Shown here in pieces: positions 1 to 9,025 of a stretch of DNA of 64,000 bases (its first letter is position 1; each line of letters opens with the position of its first letter). The notes beneath the pieces were generated by a model, which was not told the origin of the DNA, searched no databases, and saw only the letters and a program-made list of their open reading frames with translations. This stretch comes from an uncultured virus (IMG/VR IMGVR_UViG_3300028920_000028) (lineage: Duplodnaviria; Heunggongvirae; Uroviricota; Caudoviricetes), in the IMG/VR virus record IMGVR_UViG_3300028920_000028, one strand, 5' to 3'. Both the position numbers and the translations under genes were made by a program.

Positions 1-1
1 C

Positions 2-391
2 TTCGAACCCAAGGACGAGGAGAACATGCAGCGGGCGGCGGACGAACTGGCGAGGGGGGTCGACCACGACGCCATCGCCCTGGTAATCGCCTGCATCTAC
101 GACGAGTTCGACGAGGGCGAGAAGCTGCCGGACGAGCTCCAGCTCGACCCGGACGCGTTCAACGCGCTGCACACGTGCTACTGGCTGCGCGAGGACCCGA
201 AGCCGCAGGTGTCGATGGTGCCGTACGTCTGCAAGACGGCGGACGGCCCTCTGACGACGCCTGTGTCCAACCCCGTGGAGGGCGTGGAGCACGGCGTGGT
301 GTCCGTGGCCTTCCCGTGGGTGACCGACCCCAGGAAGCTGGGCACGAAGATACTCGACCCATACAGGGAGTTGCGCAATGGAAAGTCTTGA
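2..391 (+). CDS. hypothetical protein (5' end probably outside window)
   Basis: Frame is open from window start; GC3-rich codons; stop overlaps next start. Confidence 0.7.
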   Translation, partial: FEPKDEENMQRAADELARGVDHDAIALVIACIYDEFDEGEKLPDELQLDPDAFNALHTCYWLREDPKPQVSMVPYVCKTADGPLTTPVSNPVEGVEHGVVSVAFPWVTDPRKLGTKILDPYRELRNGKS

Positions 392-1382
392 GAAGGTGTT
401 CGGCAAGGGCTGCCTGCTCGACCTCAACGTCCGCCAGTGGACGGGGGAGAAGCGCCTGCAGCCGGAGGACCTCGGGCTCCGCAAGGAGGAGGTCCCGGAG
501 TCCTTCAGCCTGGGGAGGAAGAAGCTCATCCCGACCGAGGCCATCCGGCGCATGCGCCATTGGGAGTACCTGGCGCGCAAGGCCGTGGGCAAACACAGCT
601 TCCCCTTCCCGTTCGGGGAGGCCCGGTTCGTGAGCCGCACCAAGCTGGACGAGTGCGTCCGGGACCTGGACGGCATCATCATGCAGTTCGACTCGGCCGC
701 CGACGACCTGGTGGCGCAGTACGCGCAGCACAAGATCGCCATGCGCGCCGAGTTCGTGAGGGCCGCGCAGGAGGCGTACCGGCGCCGGGTCACCCTGTGC
801 GGCGGGCTGGACCAGACGGAGGACGAGTACGTCAACGAGTTCCTCGCCCGGGTGGACAAGGCCTACCCGAGCGAGCAGAGCCTGCGGTCGAAGTACTCCA
901 TGAGCTACGTGGTCTTCCAGGTGTCGCTCCCGGACATCACCCGGGCCACCTACGAGAGCATCGCGCAGGACTCCGAGAGGATCAAGGTCATGCGGGAGGC
1001 CTTCGAGCTGAGCGTCAAGCAGCGCGTGCGGCGGTTCGTGGAGGAGACGGCGGGGTCGCTGCGCGAGGACGCCCGCCGTGACCTCGGGCGCGCGGCCGAG
1101 ACGCTGCGCAACGGGCGCGTCACCAAGGCCACCCTCGACATCGTCCGCAAGATGGTGGAGCGGTACGAGCAGATGGACATGTTCGGGGACGACGAGTTCA
1201 AGGCGCACCTGCGGGAGTTCAAGGCGCGGGTGCTGGACATGTACAGCGCGAAGCAGATCAAGGTGGACGACGGCCTGCGCTCCAAGGTGCTGCAGGACGT
1301 CGAGGCGCTCGCGCAGGCGGCGGTCGACTCGGCCTCAATCGGTAGGCTGGTCGAGAAGTGCCGCAGCCAGGTGAGCATATAG
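378..1382 (+). CDS. DUF3150-family protein
   Basis: LLDLNVRQWTGEKRL...SLGRKKLIPTEAI...FPFG pattern recalled for DUF3150; helical 334 aa; RBS GGGAG. Confidence 0.7.
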   Translation: MESLEKVFGKGCLLDLNVRQWTGEKRLQPEDLGLRKEEVPESFSLGRKKLIPTEAIRRMRHWEYLARKAVGKHSFPFPFGEARFVSRTKLDECVRDLDGIIMQFDSAADDLVAQYAQHKIAMRAEFVRAAQEAYRRRVTLCGGLDQTEDEYVNEFLARVDKAYPSEQSLRSKYSMSYVVFQVSLPDITRATYESIAQDSERIKVMREAFELSVKQRVRRFVEETAGSLREDARRDLGRAAETLRNGRVTKATLDIVRKMVERYEQMDMFGDDEFKAHLREFKARVLDMYSAKQIKVDDGLRSKVLQDVEALAQAAVDSASIGRLVEKCRSQVSI

Positions 1383-1404
1383 GGAAACGGGAAGGGAGGT
1401 CGCC

Positions 1405-2316
1405 ATGTTCGGATGGATAGTCTCGATAGTGCTCGGCGTCGCGCTGTACGGCGTGTGGCGCGCGTCGCGGGCCCTGGTGGACCGGTCGCTCCGCGGCCGC
1501 GACCCCCGGCTGACCGACCGCCTCTCCGAGTACGGCGGGGCCCACGGGGCCGACCTGGCCCTCGGCGGCGAGGCCGAGGAGGGCGTGGCCCGGCTGTACG
1601 AGCGGATGTGCGTGCTTGAGCCCGTGAAGTGGGCCGGCGACCCGCGCATCCCCGGGGTCGTCGAGCGGTACTCCGACATCATCTCGGGCCGCGAGGCCGA
1701 CCCGGCCGGCCTGAACGTGCCGAGCCCGGAGATCCTCGGCGGCCCGAACCCGGACTACGAGAAGTATCTCAGGTCGCAGAGAAGGCTGTCCAAGTCGGAG
1801 GGTGCCTTGCGGGCGCTCCGCTGCGCCCGCCACGCCCGGAAGGAGCAGGAGATCCGCGACGGGTTCCGCGACGGGCTGCTGACGATGGGGATGCCAGAGG
1901 GCCTGGTGGACGCGGCGGTCACCGATGACCGCGTGGAGTCATACGAGCAGGAGGATTGGCGCGGCGTGGTCAAGGCCGCGAGCGCCATCAGCGCGGAGCA
2001 CGGCGAAAGCGTGGCTCTCGACATGCTCATGTTGTTCGAGGATGCGCGTGTGCTGTGCGAGGAGGGGGCCGCGGACACCTTCGTGGCGCTCCGGAATCAG
2101 GGGGTCCCCGCCCAAGTGGTGAAGGACGTCCTCGAGCATGAACTGACGATCGAGCAGGCCGAGAGGGCCGCAGCGCTGGTCGAGATGCACACGTTCGAAT
2201 GGGGCGAGGCCGTCAAGGAGGTGGTCTGTCAGGACGCCAAGGACGCGGCCGAGGAGGGCCTGCGGGAGCAGTACCGCAAGCGGGTCCACCGAAGGAGAAG
2301 GAAGGCCAAGGCGTGA
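1405..2316 (+). CDS. membrane-anchored hypothetical protein
   Basis: N-terminal TM helix; RBS GGAGG. Confidence 0.75.
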   Translation: MFGWIVSIVLGVALYGVWRASRALVDRSLRGRDPRLTDRLSEYGGAHGADLALGGEAEEGVARLYERMCVLEPVKWAGDPRIPGVVERYSDIISGREADPAGLNVPSPEILGGPNPDYEKYLRSQRRLSKSEGALRALRCARHARKEQEIRDGFRDGLLTMGMPEGLVDAAVTDDRVESYEQEDWRGVVKAASAISAEHGESVALDMLMLFEDARVLCEEGAADTFVALRNQGVPAQVVKDVLEHELTIEQAERAAALVEMHTFEWGEAVKEVVCQDAKDAAEEGLREQYRKRVHRRRRKAKA

Positions 2317-2519
2317 AAAGGAACCGAAGGGCCCGGATGTACCCCCTCCACTACGACCTCTGCAGGAGGCTGTACAAGGAGGGGGTGTCCGAGGAGGACA
2401 TCGCCAGGCGGCTCCGCATACGGGTGACGGACGTGCGGGACTGGTCCCGCCGCGTCCGCTTCGGGGGCGTCCGCCTGTTCAGGCAACCGCCCGAGAAGGA
2501 ATCCGAAGGAGGCGAATAA
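2313..2519 (+). CDS. small helix-turn-helix protein
   Basis: GTGA overlap with upstream stop; LYKEGVSEEDIARRLRIRVTDVRDW HTH pattern. Confidence 0.65.
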   Translation: MKRNRRARMYPLHYDLCRRLYKEGVSEEDIARRLRIRVTDVRDWSRRVRFGGVRLFRQPPEKESEGGE

Positions 2520-2800
2520 TGTTCTGGTTGATAGCGTTTGTCGTGCTCGTGTGGGCGGTTTCTCGCGGGTTCACGGCGGCCGGCCGGGCCTTGGAGCGAC
2601 GGGACCGGCGACGGGCCGCCGAGAACGAGGCCCGGGATCTCGCGGCCGCGGAGGCCGCGCGCGCCCTGGGCAGGATAGCGGACGCCGTGGTCGGCCCTGC
2701 CCCCGCGCCCGTCAGCGAGCGCATCAGAAGGGCCAGGGAGGGCCTTTCCCGGCACGAGGAGGTCCGCGAGGCGATGGCACGGGAATTGGGTGTCAAATAG
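2519..2800 (+). CDS. small membrane protein
   Basis: TAATG overlap; N-terminal TM helix. Confidence 0.7.
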   Translation: MFWLIAFVVLVWAVSRGFTAAGRALERRDRRRAAENEARDLAAAEAARALGRIADAVVGPAPAPVSERIRRAREGLSRHEEVREAMARELGVK

Positions 2801-2803
2801 TCC

Positions 2804-2832
2804 TTGACATCAGGCTCGTGCCCCATTATTTT
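2804..2832 (+). promoter_or_regulatory. sigma70-type promoter
   Basis: TTGACA-N17-TATTTT in the intergenic gap upstream of the sigma-like gene. Confidence 0.65.
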
Positions 2833-2883
2833 GATCTCGACCCATTACTTAAGGTCCCCCATACTTAAACCCCGGAGGCACCG

Positions 2884-3792
2884 ATGCACTTCACCGCCAA
2901 GACGGATCTGATGGCGTCGAACTGGTCCCGCGGCGACGGCCCGCAGGACCCCGAGACCAAGCTGTTCGCCCGGACGTACGACGAGGATCGCGAGGAGATA
3001 GTGCGCATATTCTCGCACCTGCTCAAGAAGTACCCGGCGGAGGACGCGGCGGAGCTGTTCAACTACATGTTCGTGTCGCTCTACGACCTGAAGGTCTACC
3101 AGCGCTGGAACGTGGCCAAGGTCGTGGCCGCCGAGGTGCGCCGCCGCACCAAGAGCAAAGCCAAGGCCAATGCGGCCTTCAAGCGGCTGACTGCGGCCGG
3201 GAACGATGAGGCGGAGCGCGTCGCCATCGACATGGGCATCAACTTGAAAGCCAAGCGGGGCCGGTTCCTGTACAAATGGATCGAGCACGCCATGGGCGAG
3301 CACTACCACAAGGTCGGCAAGAGGTGGCAGCGCTTCGTGCGCCACGACGAGTCGCTTCACGGCACCCCCTCGTGGTCCATGTCGCGCCGCAACCACGGCT
3401 ACGTCCCGTGGGACTCGGGCGAGGGGGCCGGGGGTTCGTCCGGCGGCTGGGGCCACGCCGTGAACCACAGGCGGCGCATATTCCCGGTCTACGACGGGCA
3501 CTGCTCCTGCATGTCGCAGTACTCCGCCGCCCAATGCTCCTCCGACCCCCACGAGTCTTTGGACGCGAGGGAGCTCATCGAGACCGTCATGCGGGGCCTC
3601 GACGATGTCGACCGCGCCATCGTGGCAATGAAAATCGACGGCTACACCAGCCGCGAGATCTCCGACCGCCTGCGCGGCACCCCCGGCATGCCGGATCTCT
3701 CCCACTCCATGGTCCAGATCCGCCTCTCCCGCATACGCCAGCAAAAGCGGCCAAAGCCTACTACGAAAAAGCCCTCCAAAAACCCCGCCTAA
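2884..3792 (+). CDS. divergent sigma-factor-like protein (region 4 HTH)
   Basis: C-terminal LDDVDRAIVAMKIDGYTSREISDRL...SMVQIRLSRIR resembles ECF sigma region 4. Confidence 0.55.
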   Translation: MHFTAKTDLMASNWSRGDGPQDPETKLFARTYDEDREEIVRIFSHLLKKYPAEDAAELFNYMFVSLYDLKVYQRWNVAKVVAAEVRRRTKSKAKANAAFKRLTAAGNDEAERVAIDMGINLKAKRGRFLYKWIEHAMGEHYHKVGKRWQRFVRHDESLHGTPSWSMSRRNHGYVPWDSGEGAGGSSGGWGHAVNHRRRIFPVYDGHCSCMSQYSAAQCSSDPHESLDARELIETVMRGLDDVDRAIVAMKIDGYTSREISDRLRGTPGMPDLSHSMVQIRLSRIRQQKRPKPTTKKPSKNPA

Positions 3793-3803
3793 AAACGTAT
3801 ATT
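3791..3803 (+). promoter_or_regulatory. A-rich GTATATT promoter motif
   Basis: AAAAACGTATATT, one of seven copies; ATG follows within 7 nt (possibly leaderless). Confidence 0.55.
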
Positions 3804-3809
3804 AGAGAC

Positions 3810-4094
3810 ATGAGGCGAGCGAGGCCCCAAGACCTGACCTACCCGGTCTTCATGATCAACGTCCGCGAGCACATCCACAGGGCCGGTCGGTTCACCGGCT
3901 GCCCCTGCCGCGGCACGGGGTTCTGCCCGGTCTACCTCGACGGGGAGCCGGACGCGGTGGATACGCGGCCCGACTCCTACGACTTCCCCTGCCCCAAGTG
4001 TGGGGCGGAGCCGCCCGACACCCTGCCCATCTACTTCGAGGACCCCCGGCCGCCGAGACCCAGGCGGGCCGGCCTCACGGGACGGAGGTACTGA
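3810..4094 (+). CDS. small Cys-rich (Zn-binding) protein
   Basis: CPCRGTG...CPKC, DnaJ-like Zn motif halves. Confidence 0.6.
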   Translation: MRRARPQDLTYPVFMINVREHIHRAGRFTGCPCRGTGFCPVYLDGEPDAVDTRPDSYDFPCPKCGAEPPDTLPIYFEDPRPPRPRRAGLTGRRY

Positions 4095-4097
4095 CAC

Positions 4098-4277
4098 ATG
4101 GCGTCATCCAAGAAGGAGCCGTACAACGACCTGTCGGAGACCCACAAATGCGAGAGGTGCGGCAAGCCGATAAAGAGCCGGCTGGTCCGAATCAAGCAGG
4201 CGCCCCCGAGGCTGTGCTACCTGCATTGGCTCGAGGCCCGCGGCAAGGCGCCGAGAAGGCAGAGGGGCAAACCCTGA
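4098..4277 (+). CDS. small Zn-finger protein (59 aa, not in ORF track)
   Basis: MASSKKEPY...CERCGK...LCYLH; RBS GGAGG; stop overlaps next ATG. Confidence 0.6.
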   Translation: MASSKKEPYNDLSETHKCERCGKPIKSRLVRIKQAPPRLCYLHWLEARGKAPRRQRGKP

Positions 4278-4771
4278 TGGCGGCGCAACCGGACATATGC
4301 CGCACGACGTACCCCGACGCCTACGTCTGGAGCCAGCGCGACGACTCCAGCCCGCGTCGGCGCGTCTATTGGGTGGCCTCCGGCTTCGGGGACGGGCGCC
4401 AGCTCCTTTCCAAGGGCAGGACAGCCAAAGGGGCGTGGCGGTCGCTGCGCAACCGCATACAAAGCCGCGTGGCAATAATGAACAAGGAGGAGTGCGACCC
4501 GACGGGCAAGATACAGGAGTTCTGGGACAGCTGCCCGGATCACAGCACCATAACCTTCTCCAAGAAGGGCTGCCTCGTGGTCTCCTGGTCGGAGAGGGGC
4601 CGTGGGTTCGGGGAGTACGCCCTGTTCCAGGACCGCAAGGGCAAATGGACGATAGACAACGAGTGCGACGGGCGCGAGGCCGTCAAGCGCGCGTTCTGCA
4701 GGCTTTTGGACAGCCTCCCCCTGACCGACCCGGTCCCCGAGCGGAAGCGTGCCGAAGGGGGCGGCCCATGA
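4277..4771 (+). CDS. hypothetical protein
   Basis: Translationally coupled ORF. Confidence 0.6.
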   Translation: MAAQPDICRTTYPDAYVWSQRDDSSPRRRVYWVASGFGDGRQLLSKGRTAKGAWRSLRNRIQSRVAIMNKEECDPTGKIQEFWDSCPDHSTITFSKKGCLVVSWSERGRGFGEYALFQDRKGKWTIDNECDGREAVKRAFCRLLDSLPLTDPVPERKRAEGGGP

Positions 4772-5136
4772 CGCCCCGCGAAAGAATCGTCGCCTTCTGG
4801 CAGTGCGTGAGGTCCCGCGCCTTGCTCGACTTGTTCCTGGCCCTCGTCGGCAGGAACCTCGTGCTCGTTACGGCCTGCATGGGGGTCGCCGCGCTCTGGG
4901 ACGCCTACCGCACCGGTGCGGAGATGTGGAATTTCCAGATCGGAATATCGCTCGTCATTGCGATTTACATCGCGGGGTGCCTGCTGGCGACTCTTTTGAT
5001 TTGCCTCGTCAGCCCCCTCTACACCCTGTTCCTGCACCCCGCCGTCCGCGAGTACCACAGATCCGGCAGGAGGCCGACCATTTCCGAGCTGCACAGCCCC
5101 GGGCCGCATCGGGAAAGGCACGGGGGGGAGACTTGA
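4768..5136 (+). CDS. two-TM membrane protein
   Basis: ATGA overlap; two hydrophobic segments. Confidence 0.65.
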   Translation: MTPRERIVAFWQCVRSRALLDLFLALVGRNLVLVTACMGVAALWDAYRTGAEMWNFQIGISLVIAIYIAGCLLATLLICLVSPLYTLFLHPAVREYHRSGRRPTISELHSPGPHRERHGGET

Positions 5137-5762
5137 ACGAGGCCCGAAACAGTGTCGCCGTTCTCGGCGGGGCGTTCGACCCCGTCACCGACGGCCACAT
5201 CGCCGCTGCCAAGTACGTCCTCGACGCCTGCGGGATATTCGACGAGGTGTGGCTCATGCCCTGCCTATGCCATATGTACGCCAAGCGCATGGAGGCCCCC
5301 CACCACAGGCTGCGGATGTGCGAGATCGCCGCGGAGTCCGTCGGCGGCGTCGTCGTGTCCCCGTACGAGATAGACAGGGGGCTCGGCGGGAAGACCAGCG
5401 AGCTCGTGCGCCGGCTGCTCGCCGAGGACTTCCCCGGGGCGCGGTATGACTTCTCGTTCGTGATTGGCATGGACAACGCCAACTCGTTCGGCAGGTGGGC
5501 GAGCCACAAGGATCTGGAGCGGGCCGCGAGGTTTGTGGTCGTCCCCAGGCCCGGCATCGAACCCGGGGGCAAATTCCGATGGTACGAGAGTCCCCCGCAC
5601 ATTCTCGTGCCGTCCAGCGACCGACTCATACAAACCTCCTCGACGCTGGTCAGGTCCATGCTCAGGAAGGGTCAGCACGACATGGCCGCGGAGCATCTGC
5701 ACCCCGGCGTCCTCGACTACATCAAGGAACACGGCTTGTATGGAAGGATCGAAGGCCCTTAA
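5133..5762 (+). CDS. nadD: nicotinate/nicotinamide-nucleotide adenylyltransferase
   Basis: GGAFDPVTDGH (H/TxGH), IGMDN, SSTLVR, V..YIKEHGLY motifs; TTG start overlapping upstream stop. Confidence 0.88.
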   Translation: MNEARNSVAVLGGAFDPVTDGHIAAAKYVLDACGIFDEVWLMPCLCHMYAKRMEAPHHRLRMCEIAAESVGGVVVSPYEIDRGLGGKTSELVRRLLAEDFPGARYDFSFVIGMDNANSFGRWASHKDLERAARFVVVPRPGIEPGGKFRWYESPPHILVPSSDRLIQTSSTLVRSMLRKGQHDMAAEHLHPGVLDYIKEHGLYGRIEGP

Positions 5763-5767
5763 GGAGT

Positions 5768-5835
5768 GTTGTGTGCAATGACCCACGGGCCGGGGTGAGG
5801 CGCCAAAAGTTGATCATAGAACAAGTTGTGTGCAA
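5768..5835 (+). mobile_element. possible attI-like recombination site
   Basis: Direct repeat GTTGTGTGCAA at 5768 and 5825; the second is preceded by AGAACAA, giving AAC..GTT at the start of cassette 1. Confidence 0.4.
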
Positions 5836-5864
5836 GTTTTGGCAATTTTACATAGGAGGCACGA

Positions 5865-6065
5865 ATGACTGAGCCTGTAGTTTATACGGATATTGAGCAA
5901 GCGTGTTGTGTTATGGATAGTGTGTGTGATAGTCCGACATTACCACCAAAACTGTATGATTGGCAAACCGAAGCGTGGAAGTACATTCGTGCTTACATTA
6001 AGGAATGCCAAAACCAACACACAACACAGCAAGGGATGCTAGAAACGCAGGATACTAAGGACTAA
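5865..6065 (+). CDS. gene-cassette ORF 1, hypothetical
   Basis: RBS AGGAGG; AT-rich codons; ends inside attC-like hairpin. Confidence 0.7.
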   Translation: MTEPVVYTDIEQACCVMDSVCDSPTLPPKLYDWQTEAWKYIRAYIKECQNQHTTQQGMLETQDTKD

Positions 6066-6109
6066 TTTTATTATAGGCGTTTCCAGCACCCGTTGCTGGG
6101 ACGTTGTAA
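6019..6109 (+). mobile_element. attC-like site 1
   Basis: ACACAAC (R'') ... arms CAGCAAGGGATGCTAGAAACGC / GCGTTTCCAGCACCCGTTGCTG ... GTTGTAA (R'). Confidence 0.7.
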
Positions 6110-6121
6110 GCAATTCCAGTC

Positions 6122-6397
6122 GTGAAAGGAACATTTTATATGCCGAAAAGTTTTAAGGGCCTGTGCCCGTTCAAAGGTTCTTATGTAAAGTGTAATTATG
6201 AGTATCCATGTAGTGGTTGTGTGAACTTTTCGGCGGGAGCTAAGGTAATCACTCCTTCCACAGACACACAACACCTGCAAGCCGAAATTGCCGCTCTCAC
6301 TATCAGGCTTGAGACCTATGTACGGAATGCTTGCCTTGAAGATAAAGAAGTGTTCGATATCGCAAATAAGATGCGGCAACTATCGGCTATGCAGTAA
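6122..6397 (+). CDS. gene-cassette ORF 2, hypothetical Cys-containing protein
   Basis: AT-rich ORF (GTG 6122 or ATG 6140); C-terminal half is encoded by the attC-like hairpin. Confidence 0.65.
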   Translation: MKGTFYMPKSFKGLCPFKGSYVKCNYEYPCSGCVNFSAGAKVITPSTDTQHLQAEIAALTIRLETYVRNACLEDKEVFDIANKMRQLSAMQ

Positions 6398-6406
6398 ACG
6401 TTGTGC
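6266..6406 (+). mobile_element. attC-like site 2
   Basis: ACACAAC ... arms CTGCAAGCCGAAATTGCCGC / GCGGCAACTATCGGCTATGCAG with two unpaired bases ... GTTGTGC. Confidence 0.72.
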
Positions 6407-6426
6407 AAAACTTCAAAGGAAACAGG

Positions 6427-7029
6427 ATGGGGCAAAACGACGGGTTCAAGATCAGAAAATTCGCTGACTTCGGGGAGAGGTCCAAGGAACTGAACCACAA
6501 CGCCCACGCCAAGTCCGTCTGGGAGTCCATAGACAGGCCTATAAGGCCGCTCATCTACGAGCTCCATAGGGTGGGCCTCCGTACCCGGTTCTCCTGCTGC
6601 GGGTACCACTACGAGGGCGAGGCGAGCGACGAGCCGAAGTCCCACACGCAGTTCCCGTTCTTCTTCCTGGAGGAACCCGACCTGTCCGACCCGCGCAGGG
6701 TGGGGGCCTTCTTCGAGGTGTCCAAGGCGGCCTACGGGCTGGGATGGCGCGTCATGATGGCGAACTCCGTCGAATGGGGCTTCCAAGCCGTGAACGTAGG
6801 CGTGATGGACAATGAATGGTCCAGGCACGACGGGCTGCCCGAGTCCATACACCACTACGAGAGCCGCCTGTGGACCATACGCAGGCTCACCGACGCCCTC
6901 CGGAAAATGCCCACCGTGGACGAGGAGATCGAGGTCGTGGACGGCAACGTGTACCGGGAGGAGGCCGACGGCGAATGGATGGTCAAGCCGAAGATGCCCC
7001 ACCGGATGAGGGTCGGGGCGGAGGGCTGA
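6427..7029 (+). CDS. hypothetical protein with Tyw3-like N-terminal motif
   Basis: IDRPIRPLIYELHRVGLRTRFSCCG resembles the ID..I..L...SC.G motif. Confidence 0.55.
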   Translation: MGQNDGFKIRKFADFGERSKELNHNAHAKSVWESIDRPIRPLIYELHRVGLRTRFSCCGYHYEGEASDEPKSHTQFPFFFLEEPDLSDPRRVGAFFEVSKAAYGLGWRVMMANSVEWGFQAVNVGVMDNEWSRHDGLPESIHHYESRLWTIRRLTDALRKMPTVDEEIEVVDGNVYREEADGEWMVKPKMPHRMRVGAEG

Positions 7030-7033
7030 CATT

Positions 7034-7507
7034 GTGGGCTACCAGGTGCGAAAGGCGAGGAGGCGCGACCTCAAGGCCGCATACGGGCTGCAGGCGCAGC
7101 TTGTTGGCATCCGCGGCGCTTTGGAGATCCTCGACGACGTGCGCCATTACTACAGCAACAGGTGGGTGGCCCTCAAGGTGCTCAGGGGCCGCGCCCTGGT
7201 CGCCGTCGACGGGGGGGCGCCGGTCGGCATTCTGACTTGGGGGACGTCCAAGGGCGGCCTTTTCCATATCGAGACAGTCGTGGTGGACGGCAGGCACAGG
7301 GGAAGGGGCGCCGGGACCTGCTTGGTGCGCGGCGCCGAGGCGTCCGCCGCCAAGCTCGGGTGTCGGTCCGTAAGGATTGCCTCCCACAAAGTGTTCAAGG
7401 CCAAGGGGTTCTACACCAAGATGGGGTATCGCTGCGGGCCGTTGGAGGACGATCAATGGGTGCTCAGAAAAAACCTCACTTTTCCTGTGACAAACGCGGA
7501 TCGATAA
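7034..7507 (+). CDS. GNAT acetyltransferase
   Basis: VVDGRHRGRGAGTCL acetyl-CoA motif; AKGFYTKMGY. Confidence 0.85.
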   Translation: MGYQVRKARRRDLKAAYGLQAQLVGIRGALEILDDVRHYYSNRWVALKVLRGRALVAVDGGAPVGILTWGTSKGGLFHIETVVVDGRHRGRGAGTCLVRGAEASAAKLGCRSVRIASHKVFKAKGFYTKMGYRCGPLEDDQWVLRKNLTFPVTNADR

Positions 7508-7516
7508 AAGTATATT
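7487..7516 (+). promoter_or_regulatory. GTATATT-family promoter
   Basis: GTGACA-N18-TATATT with AAAAG before the -10. Confidence 0.6.
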
Positions 7517-7570
7517 CTTGATGAACGGGGAAACCCACAGCAAAATCCAACAACCAAATGGAGGAGCGTC

Positions 7571-7894
7571 ATGGTTATCCAGCAGGGCGACGTGATTCTT
7601 GAGCGGGTGGACGCCACAACGATGAAGGCCGGCGCAAGCGTGCAGCCCACGCCGCGCGGGTTCGTGCTCGCCGAGGGCGAGAAAACCGGCCACGCGCACG
7701 TGCTCGAGGCCACCCCGGGCGCCACCGTGCGCACCATCGAGGGGTCGGACGACCTGCTCCTGCACCTCGACGAGGAGAGCCAGGTCGTCCACGAGGAGCA
7801 CGGCACGGGCGTCATCCCCGCCGGCGACTACGTGGTCCGCCAGGTGCAGGAGTACGACCATTTCGCCGAGGAGGCCAGGAAAGTCCAGGACTGA
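7571..7894 (+). CDS. His-rich small protein (QGDV...GE.TGH.H...HEEH family)
   Basis: QQGDV, LAEGEKTGHAH, HEEH, IPAGDY..QVQEY motifs; family recalled as DUF6745 neighbour. Confidence 0.75.
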   Translation: MVIQQGDVILERVDATTMKAGASVQPTPRGFVLAEGEKTGHAHVLEATPGATVRTIEGSDDLLLHLDEESQVVHEEHGTGVIPAGDYVVRQVQEYDHFAEEARKVQD

Positions 7895-8109
7895 TGGCGG
7901 GCAGGCGTTTGGTGTCGGAGCAGTTGCAGGAAATCGCCCCGTTGGCGCCTCTCGTCAAAAAGGGTATGGCCTCCGCGCCGCTGTCGACGCGGAGGTATGT
8001 TTCCGAAAGGATTGAAGATCCGATCCGGTACGGGGCCTTTCATGGATGGCTCCAAGCCACGACGGGGGCCATGCGCCGGCTCGGGTCGAAAGGAGAGCAG
8101 AGGCAATGA
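7894..8109 (+). CDS. small hypothetical protein
   Basis: Start and stop overlap both neighbours; atypical codon usage. Confidence 0.45.
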   Translation: MAGRRLVSEQLQEIAPLAPLVKKGMASAPLSTRRYVSERIEDPIRYGAFHGWLQATTGAMRRLGSKGEQRQ

Positions 8110-9017
8110 TCGAGAAGCTGACACCCGAGCAGGAAGCGCTCATGGACGTCGTGGTCAAGGAGTACGAGGACGCAGTGTTCAACGGCGACGACTCGTACGA
8201 CCTGGATCTCATCAAGAGGGGCATGACGTTCTTCTACAAGCTGGCGGAGCTCAAATCCCCCGACGTCATCGTGTGCACCAGCCCGCTCGACTTGGCCGTG
8301 AAGTCGGGCCTCAAGCCGGGCGAGACCTACGACTGGTTCGGGTGCGGGTACGACTCGGGCTGGACGGCCTTCTACGACTTCTTCGAGCGCATCGGCGTGA
8401 AGTACGAGGAGGAGTGGCACTTCACCCTGTGGAAGGAGTTCATACTCCACAGCGGGGTGTTCGCGACGGTCATGCGCGAGGGCACCGCCTACGTGAGCGT
8501 CAAGCCCATGCTGGTGGCCCGCAACGCCTCCGGCGACCTTCACTCCGAGACGGGGCCGGCCATCGCCTGGCGCGACGGCTACGAGGAGTACTTCCTCAAC
8601 GGCGTCGCCGTGGGCAAGGAACTCGTCATGACGCCGCCCGAGAAACTCGACGCGAAGATGATCCTCAAGGAGGAGAACGCCGAGGTCCGGCGCGAGATCG
8701 TGCGCAAGATCGGCATCGACATCGTCTGCCAGAAGCTCGACGCGAAGGTGCTTGACCGCAAGGAGGTCAAATACTCGCAGGAGCACACCCCCGGCGCCGC
8801 GAACGAGGCGGCCGGCATCACGGCCACCGATGTCAACTCGGTGTACGAACTCTTGAGCCTCGACCTTGGCGACGGGACGCACCGGCCCTACCTGAAGATG
8901 CTGAACCCGTCGATAGGTGTCTGGCACGTCGAGGGCGTCCACCCGGACTGCAAGTCGGTCGACGACGCGCTCAAGTGGCGGAATCAGACGGCGGAAACTC
9001 CGACAACGCTCACGTAG
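8106..9017 (+). CDS. DUF6745-domain protein
   Basis: IEKLTPEQ start; GDLHSETGPAIAWRDGY..YFLNGV..; EENAEVRR..IG. Confidence 0.8.
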   Translation: MIEKLTPEQEALMDVVVKEYEDAVFNGDDSYDLDLIKRGMTFFYKLAELKSPDVIVCTSPLDLAVKSGLKPGETYDWFGCGYDSGWTAFYDFFERIGVKYEEEWHFTLWKEFILHSGVFATVMREGTAYVSVKPMLVARNASGDLHSETGPAIAWRDGYEEYFLNGVAVGKELVMTPPEKLDAKMILKEENAEVRREIVRKIGIDIVCQKLDAKVLDRKEVKYSQEHTPGAANEAAGITATDVNSVYELLSLDLGDGTHRPYLKMLNPSIGVWHVEGVHPDCKSVDDALKWRNQTAETPTTLT

Positions 9018-9025
9018 GGGCATCG

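Noticed and set aside
5768..6406. GTTGTG repeats as a CRISPR array
   Set aside because: Repeats are 11 bp or shorter, irregularly spaced and separated by ORFs; the hairpin geometry fits attC better
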